Source: Octopus sinensis
Lineage: Eukaryota
Assembly (NCBI RefSeq): GCF_006345805.1
Contig: NC_043024.1
Span: 20,150,001 to 20,214,000 of the forward strand
Direction of reading: 5' to 3'
DNA length: 64,000 nucleotides
The notes beneath the pieces were generated by a model. The model was given only the letters and a program-made list of their open reading frames with translations. It ran no database searches and was not told the origin of the DNA. Shown here one piece after another: positions 54,023-64,000 of the stretch. The position numbers and the translations under genes were made by a program. The first letter of the stretch is position 1. Every line of letters begins with the position of its first letter.

Positions 54023-54180
54023 TTAAAGGAAAGAAGCATGATTATAGTTGAAAAAGGATTTGGATTTTTCTAGGGCCAACAACCCTATCCAGAATAAAAG
54101 GCAGGTATAAAAGCGTTGATGAGAATTAATAAATAGAAATACTTGGGTGAGAAAGACCATCCTTCAAGGAAAACGATGTA

Positions 54181-54746
54181 TTGGGTTGTCCGGAATGTTC
54201 GTGCTGATTATTAAAGGAAATAAAAATGTCAATAAATACTTGCCATTATATTTTTAATCAACCAAATATGAACCATTTTGTTGCACAATGCGTCTCCATA
54301 TTTCTTTTATCTTGAAAATACCATCTTCCCAGAACTGAGGTGGTTTCATGGCAAAGATTTCATCAAGGTATTTTTTTACGTCATCCAAGGAATTGAAATT
54401 TTTACCATTAAGACTATTCTGCAGAGACCTGAATAAGGGGAAATCTGAAGGAGCAATATCTGGTGAATATGGAGGGTAGGGTAACACACCCCAGCCGATC
54501 TGCAGCAATTTTCGACTGGTTCCCAAAGCATCAAGTGCCGAAAAGGAACTTTCTTATCTTCCATTTTAAAGGGTTACAAAATTAACACAGGTTATAGGAA
54601 CATAAATGATATTCCACGAAAAGATGGCTTAAACTGTGCTATAAATGGAGGTGTAGTCAAATTCTATTTTATGGACTCAACCCTATTCTAAAATAAGTCG
54701 AAATGTAAGCTACTATAAATTGGCAGGAAATTTCCGGACACCCCAA
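54181..54746 (-). mobile_element. Internally deleted mariner with both TIRs
   Basis: TA|TTGGGTTGTCCGGAA ... TTCCGGACACCCCAA|TA; N-terminal MEDKKVPFRHLMLW joined to PPYSPDIAPSDFPLFRSLQNSL...QNGSY. Confidence 0.92.
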
Positions 54747-55079
54747 TAGTACAACAGAATTGGCAAGGAAGCTGCAAGGCCGAAGCAGAGATCCAACTGG
54801 AGCGAAATAGTAGAAATAGCGCAAAGTCGAGAACAGAGGAGATGAGTTATCGATGACATGTGTGCCAAAGGCACCGAAGTGCATCATCACCAAAATTAAC
54901 AGGGCACAAATGAAAGAAAATACTCCAGTTGAATAGGGCTTTGACAATAAAATGGGGACAGTTCATGTAGATGGGATGGTAAAGGATATAAAGCAATTAA
55001 ATCATTATAAAGCAACCTCCTGTAGAATGACTCCCGTCTCAGAGGGGAAAAGCTGAAAGAATCATAACATCAGTTGTTC

Positions 55080-55560
55080 TCAACAAACCTGGTTAATTGC
55101 ATCTAAAAGACAGCTGAAATTCCTGCAGTATGGAAGAGAAGAGTTTTAATTAAATTATCTGAGAATAATGACATGCGTGATTGTGCGAACTGGAAGGATA
55201 TTTCAATGTCAAATATAGTCTTCAAGGTGGTTTCCAGATAAAATTTTGAGCAGAATTTAACCAAGTGTTGACAAAAGACTGCACAAGGAGTAAGGATGTT
55301 TCGGAAGAAGGACAAGTTGTGATCTTCAAAATGTTTACGAAAGGTATTCAGTTGTTGGCAAGTGAACTGAACAGGCTATTAAGCCTAGGTTTTGTTGATT
55401 TCTTGAAGGCTTCTGGCAGAATATCCTGACTAGCGTTGGCAAGGTTAATAAGAAGATTAATGAAAAACAATTTGAGTGAAATAACATCACATTTTGCAGA
55501 GTAATTTGAACAGAAAAGGGTTAAAATAGAAAACAGTAACACCTGAGAGGTTTAATATAT
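55080..55560 (+). mobile_element. Highly decayed RTE reverse-transcriptase fragment
   Basis: IPAVWKRRVLIKL..NDMRDCANWKDISM..FKVVSR..VDKRLHKE and FVDFLKA resemble early RT blocks; multiple stops. Confidence 0.65.
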
Positions 55561-55600
55561 ATTGATGTTATTTCAGACAACTAAACAGTTATACGTACTG

Positions 55601-55831
55601 TATGGGGACAGGACGTCACCAGCTGTGCAAACAACATGAAATAAGTAAAGAACCAACGTAATATAGAATGTTCGAAATGAGGAGTAGATAGACAGCCGAC
55701 AACTGATGAAGGATAATTTCTCTGTGTTTTATTGTCTTGCTTTCCAATTTTTCTCTTGCAGTTTACGTATTTAACTCGTTTGTTTACGTCTTTCATGTTG
55801 TTTGCTCAGTTGGTGACATCCTGTACCCATA
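55601..55831. mobile_element. Small element with ~41-bp terminal inverted repeats
   Basis: TATGGGGACAGGACGTCACCAGCTGTGCAAACAACATGAAA matches the reverse complement of 55791-55831. Confidence 0.7.
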
Positions 55832-55958
55832 TATACATATATATATATTATTTCTTTATTGTTATTATTATTATTATTATTATTATTAGACATATATATA
55901 TAGACCCACACACACATATATATATATGTATGTATATATATATATCATATATATATAT

Positions 55959-56001
<43 letters not shown>

Positions 56002-56294
56002 TTATTTATATATAATAATCATTTGAGGGAATATTATTCCTAACTTACAGGGAAACATTCAATTTAGAAATACTAAATCAAATTTCACAAAATATAATAT
56101 ATATATATAAAAATTAGAAAAAAACCCCACCTTTTATCAATTCAAAATATATGTTTTTATTATTATTTTGCAATTTACGTAATCATCGGTGTATTATTGT
56201 TACTTTAATTTTAATATTTCTATGATATGTAATTTTCTAGATGGTGTAATTTAATTGTTCATTTTGAATTGATAAAAGGTGTTTTTTTCTAATT

Positions 56295-56339
<45 letters not shown>

Positions 56340-56904
56340 GTGTGTGTATGTGTGCGTGTGTAAGAATTTAGAAAATTCAACATTGTATGGAATAATCCTT
56401 TTCTCTCCTTGGAGTTAAGGCTTTTCAAGAAAGAATTAATTATTCATATGTCTTCGAAGTCTCTAATCTCTTATGGCGTCAGTAACATATAACTCATAGC
56501 GTTAAGAATGACAAATAATGTTTCTAAAAATAACAGTGCCAGTCGCAAGAATTGTGTCACTCCAATGGTAAAAAGCATGTCATGTTCACAGGAGATACGG
56601 TTTCGTGTCCCGAAGACAACCTTCGACTTATTCTCTCCATTGACTTTTTAAATGCATTATTTATTGTAAATTATTTCTACGAGAGAATAACACAAAACTA
56701 ACATGTGACTTTGGAATACTTAGCCGTATTGGTGTTAATACAATGTGCATTTCGTCAAATTAATCAAACACGTGTGAACGCGGTGTGTTTGGGATTGGAC
56801 TGACTTCAAGAAACACAAAATTCAATATATTTGGAGGAACAATTTCATTGCAGATATTGGTTTGTTGATTGGTTCACATTGACATGTTGTTTCATGTCGT
56901 GTGT

Positions 56905-56905
56905 G

Positions 56906-56980
<75 letters not shown>

Positions 56981-56998
56981 CCTCTATCCATCCATCTC

Positions 56999-57058
<60 letters not shown>

Positions 57059-57244
57059 ACTTATTTTCTATTTACTTGCCTATCTTTCTCTCTGTGTATC
57101 TATCTGTCTTCTCTATCGATTGCTCTATCTACGAATACGTCTATCTACTTCTTACACTATGTCTATCGACCTGTGTGTCTATCTTTCAATCTATTGATCC
57201 CTTCACACAGCTATCTACCTGCCCGGCTTTCTTTTTTATTCTTG

Positions 57245-57319
<75 letters not shown>

Positions 57320-57321
57320 TC

Positions 57322-57358
<37 letters not shown>

Positions 57359-57398
57359 GATAGCTATCTATCAATCTATCTATCTGTCTATCTATCTA
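56905..57398. repeat. (TATC)n microsatellite region
   Basis: Visible tetranucleotide runs. Confidence 0.93.
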
Positions 57399-57399
57399 A

Positions 57400-58973
<1,574 letters not shown>

Positions 58974-59848
58974 GTCTGTCTGTCTGTCTGTCTGTCTACC
59001 TATCTCATATATGTGTGCACTACCATTCCACTGCATACATGTAAGTATGTGAATAAAAAGAGAGAGGTTATCTGCGAGTGGTAGTGTACTTACATGTAAA
59101 AGCGTGTAGGATTGAGAAATCCCAATTCCAAGTTTAGAGAATGGTTTAATTATTAATTAATCCATTAATTACGTTTACTAATTAATTAATTAATTAGGAA
59201 ATTAATTTAACTATACCCAGATATATGTTTGTAAAGAATTATATCTCCCTTTCTCCAAGAGTACCTTGCAATTCTATTATGGAAATCCACGAAGCTATAT
59301 CTTATAGGAAAGTAAGTGGGAAGAGATCATGCTTGTTGTGTGATTATTGTCGGTTTCTATGCTGCGTTGCAATATCTTTTATATGTTGCTTGTTATAGTC
59401 ATTGGGCTGCGGCCATGAGGCAGGACCGACTTATTTATATGCGTTTAGTCGAACAATACTTATTCAGTAAGCATTGGTTTATATTCTATCATACATCTGT
59501 TGCTGAACCGCTAAGTTAACGGGTAGTAAATGCACCAACACTAGTTGTCCAACCTTGTGGAGTTCTGGCAAACACACAAACAAGCACGCGCAAACACACA
59601 CCACATGTATATATATATATATAATATATATATATTATATATATATATATATTATGTGATTAATTCCGAAATTGATTCAATATAGAAATAACGAACTTTT
59701 TTTAAAAAACCCTGTTGACCAACTTTTCTTGATTATAGCTCTACGTATATTCTGTAGCGAGTAAATAATATGTGGAAATTGACGATTTAAAAGTCTATTA
59801 TCAGCATATTGGCATAGAAATAATTTTCTTTAGCCCTTATTTGTAAGT

Positions 59849-59884
<36 letters not shown>

Positions 59885-59891
59885 AACCTTC

Positions 59892-59932
<41 letters not shown>

Positions 59933-59935
<3 letters not shown>

Positions 59936-60094
59936 CAGGAATGGCTGTGTGGTAAGTAGCTTGGTAACCAACCACATGGTTCCGGGTCCAGTCCCACTGC
60001 GTGGCATCTTGGGCAAGTGTTTTCTGCTATAGCCCCGGGCCGACCAATGCCTTGTGAGTGGATTTGGTAGACGGAAACTGAAAGAAGCCTGTCG

Positions 60095-60165
<71 letters not shown>

Positions 60166-60385
60166 TGTTTCTGTGTCTGTGTTTGTCCCCCTAGCATTGC
60201 TTGACAACCGATGCTGGTGTGTTTACGTCCCCGTCACTTAGCGGTTCGGCAAAAGAGACCGATAGAATAAGTACTGGGCTTACAAAGAATAAGTCCCGGG
60301 GTCTATTTGCTCGACTAAAGGCGGTGCTCCAGCATGGCCGCAGTCAAATTACTGAAACAAGTAAAAGAGTAAAATAGTAAAAGAG
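59933..60385 (+). mobile_element. SINE family A
   Basis: Full, well-preserved copy. Confidence 0.92.
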
Positions 60386-61013
60386 TATATATATATATAT
60401 GAAAGAAGGTTTGAAAAGAACGACCATTCATCAGTTGTTGGCTGTTTTTCTAGTCTCGTACTTCGAGCATTTAACAACAATATAGGCTTTCGATAAAACA
60501 GTTGCTCCCGCAAATAAAATTAATGAAAATTTGGGATTTTACGGAGACTTAAATTAGGTAACACAAACAGGACAGTAAAAAAAAAAAAACAGGAACGGCT
60601 GCTAAGCTTAAACGAGGTTGTGGTGGCGAACGCGAAAATCAAGCTTGGACAGGAGACAAACAAGAACACGTCTTCTTTGTTCCAGCTACATAAACGTTAT
60701 TATTTCTAAATCTCTCAAAGAGAGATAATCAGTAACAGTTCTTTAAAGTAAAGACTTTTTGCCAACATAATGTGACTGTGCTGGATAGGACGGTTGTTAC
60801 TGTTGTTTAGCCTCAGTAAACATCGTTTCCAGTTGGCTATACGACACAATATCTGTCTCCTCATATTTTCGAACAGGGGGCCCAGCACCCCTATCCAGCA
60901 AAAAGCAACATGTAACCGATTAATCTCCTTTCCTGTGCCAAAATTTAAAGCCAATACTTCTTCGATGACACCAACTTTCGATTTTAAAAGCATGTCTGTT
61001 AAAATTTGTCATC

Positions 61014-61420
61014 ATGGCTGTGTGGTAAGTAGCTTGCTAACCAACGACATGGTTCCGGGTTCAGTTCCACTGCGTGGCATCTTGGGCAAGTGTCTTCTGC
61101 TATAGCCCCGGGCCGACCAATGCCTTGTGAGTGGATTTGGTAGACGGAAACTGAAAGAAGCCTGTCGTATATATGTATATATATATGTGTGTGTGTGTAT
61201 GTGTTTGTGTGTCTGTGATTGTCCCCCTAGCATTGCTTGACAACCGATGCTAGTGTGTTTACGTCCCCGTCACTTAACGGTTCGGCAAAAGAGACCGATA
61301 GAATAAGTACTGCGCTTACAAAGAATAAGTCCCGGGGTCGATTTGCTCGACTAAAAGGCGGTGCTCCAGCATGGCCACAGTCAAATGACTGAAACATGTA
61401 AAAGAATAAAAAAGAAGAAT
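61014..61420 (+). mobile_element. SINE family A
   Basis: Close match to 59933. Confidence 0.92.
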
Positions 61421-61800
61421 AATTCTGTATTAACTAATGTTCTAAACATCAGCTGAATAATAACAAAATTATTTTCCCAAATTCTTCGTATCTTCCGAAT
61501 TAATTGAAACGAAGTCAGTATTCCAACAGGAATACGGTAACAAAAGTATTAATGTGAATCTTAGTTAACACTTTCAGTAAAAATACCACGTTAATTAATA
61601 TTTCTCCCACCAGCCTTATATCGAGATTTATTTTATCAAATTCTTCATTTTGCTGCAAATTAAGTGAGACAAAACTTGGGATATTTCAACAGAAATACAT
61701 TTACAAAGGGGTTAAAGTGGGCAATATTGAAAGCTTCCATCAAAATTTCTTGTTAATTTCTCTTCCAAAGAATAGTTTAATAACGATAGAGTTATTCTAC

Positions 61801-62146
61801 ATCATCATCATCATTGTTCGACCCTGGTCGAGACAATGGAATTTACTATGTTACGCCAGACTTCACGGTTCATCATCGCATTACGGAGGTACTGTTGCTG
61901 GATGCCTGTATCCCTGGAGGTTACATCAGGGTAGGAGAGTGTGCGCCCTCTGGTATTGCGAGTAGATGGCTTCCAGAGGAGAAGAGTAGAGATTACCTCG
62001 TTTTCAGCTCTACAACAATGTCCAGCAAACTGGACTCTCCTACCTTTCACAAGAGATGACACAGGTGGTAGTTTCCCATATATTTGCAGTTTGGTTTGAT
62101 GACTCTTCCACGAGAGATTTTGAGCTCTCATAAGGAGGCGAGAGTA
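61801..62146 (-). mobile_element. RTE-like LINE 3' fragment with (GAT)n tail
   Basis: RRVQFAGHCCRAENEVISTLLLWKP...MMNREVWR. Confidence 0.75.
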
Positions 62147-62960
62147 AGTTAAAGTTAAAGTTAATTTTATAGCTCAAAAAGCAAAAAGCAAGGCCGTGTA
62201 GGGGGACATTGATTTATGTACAGGGAGGGTGTTCATGCAAAGAGTTAAGGCCATTTCTGGTCAAGAGCGACTTTGAACCGAGCGGTCGTCGGCATCTTCA
62301 CTATCTCGTCCGGCAGCTTATTCCCGGACGGAGAAAGCCCCTCTCCTTCGATTGAGATAAAATCGTCGCAGATAGAGCTTTTCGAAGTGACCCCGCAGCC
62401 GACGCTCTGGAGCAGGAGTGAAGAACAGTTCTTTTGAGAGATTACACTTTCCACTTATGATGTTGTGAGCAAGAATGAGATCACCACGGCGTCGTCGTTT
62501 TTCTAGAGAATAATGGTCGAGTGTCTTCAGCCTTTCTTCATAAGACAAATTCTTGAGACTAAGAACCATGCTTTCGAGATGATGTATGTCTTTGAGGAGA
62601 TAAGGAGAAGAGGCTTGAATCCCGTACTCCAATAATGGTTTCACCAGCGTGACATAGAGCGGTAGGAATATGGCTGCTGTGAGCATTCCGAATGACCGTC
62701 GAATCAAACAGAACTCCGCGTGCTTTGTCGGCAGCATGGACGCACTGGGCCGAAGGCGAAAAGGAAGAATCCACCAAGATACCTAGGTCCTTTACCTGGT
62801 TGTTCCTCTCCAGCAGCAGACGACCCGGCTCGAAATCAAGTTGAGTTGCAGGAGGAGAGCCAACAGGCAGATGACAGCACTTTGACACGTTCAAACACAG
62901 GTCCCATTCTACAAAATTCTTCGTTGTTTTCCATAGTGATTCAGACAATTGCAGGGCATT
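62147..62960 (-). mobile_element. CR1-clade LINE 3' fragment with (TTTAAC)n tail
   Basis: LNVSKC, KDLGILVDSS, LYVTLVKPLLEYG and LSYEERLKTL..SLEKRRRRGDLI. Confidence 0.88.
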
Positions 62961-63744
62961 TCAACAGAAGCCCGGTAGCAAAATTCTATCTTGGTTAAAA
63001 TTCCCCATCAAAATTTTAGCCAATTTTTGTGCCAAACGCCAGTAGAAGAACAAAAACATTTTACTAAATTCTTCATTATCTTCCAAACTGATTGAAAAGT
63101 AGTGTATTTCAACGGAAATTGTTACAGTGATCTAAATCTAACCCTTCCGTCATAGAATCCACGGATATTTATCTTCCAAACTCGGTTTAATAACGACGAT
63201 ACGCTTCGATAAATAATTCACTATTTTCAAAATTCAATGTAACAAAGGCAGTGTATTTGAAGAGAAATATATTTCAATAAAAATATGGCGAAATTAAAAA
63301 ATAAGATAATACACGAATAGACGAAATGAGCGCGGTTGGAACGCCTGCATTACAGATCTCCTTTATAACGGCTTAGTTGGGGCTTTATGCTAACAGCAAT
63401 TACGACAGCGAAGCGAATATATGGCGGCGGTAATGGCGAATGGTTTCTGCCTCGTATTATTTCCTAATTAATCTCGGAGCAGCTTGTACAACGTGACGGC
63501 CGCTGCTCTTACGGTTCTGATTAAGCGATGCAATAAAAGATTTAGTCAGATTGTTTGCAATCCACGAAATAGCATCGTCAATAACGGGGCAGCGGAAAGT
63601 ATAAAAATTGCTGTTTAATAAATAAATGGATTTATAATTTGGGATCTAATGAAAATAGCATGTGAGAATTACGCAGTCAGACGAACTACTGTGAACGAAT
63701 CATTAACAAATTTAAAACTATTGTTATTATTACAAGGACAGCGT

Positions 63745-63945
63745 GCTCGTAGAATCCATCGCATGCTTAGCCGAACTGCGTCCGTCTTTACGTTTTGAGT
63801 TCAAATTCCACTGAGGCCGAACTTGTTTTTATCTGTTCGGATTCCATAAAGAAAAAAATACTACGTGTCGAATGCTGAAGTGGAGTTTATCGACTAGCTC
63901 CCACCTCCAAGATTTCAAACCTTGAGCCTTTAGTAGGAAGGATTA
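63745..63945 (+). mobile_element. Decayed SINE family D
   Basis: GTCTTTACGTTTTGAGTTCAAATTCC block. Confidence 0.55.
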
Positions 63946-63960
63946 TTATCATTATCATTA

Positions 63961-64000
<40 letters not shown>

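Overview
Repeat-saturated, AT-rich animal DNA with no supportable host protein-coding gene. The SINE families and heavy microsatellite load resemble octopus genomes (inference from recalled repeat sequences). The dominant feature is a ~13.9 kb array of a 13-bp unit (CACAAACTCGCTC, roughly 1,070 copies, 9384-23331). It sits between two collinear halves of one decayed mariner transposase, at the expected R-K-R-P-(E/D)-L-W junction, so the satellite appears to have grown inside the transposon. It also shows ~2.15 kb and ~2.96 kb higher-order duplications. Several (TA)n-embedded remnants carry minimal type-I hammerhead-ribozyme-like motifs, two of them inside long palindromes (Penelope-like). Other content: an R4/Dong LINE in (TAA)n; Tx1-like 3' ends in (TATC)n; RTE and CR1-group fragments; a non-autonomous Helitron; piggyBac-type and TTAGGG-containing MITEs; a second deleted mariner; a ~490-bp tandem repeat with a strand switch; many tRNA-derived SINEs; and a 100-N gap. 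The long ORFs in the track are repeat artefacts. All calls were made by eye and boundaries are approximate.
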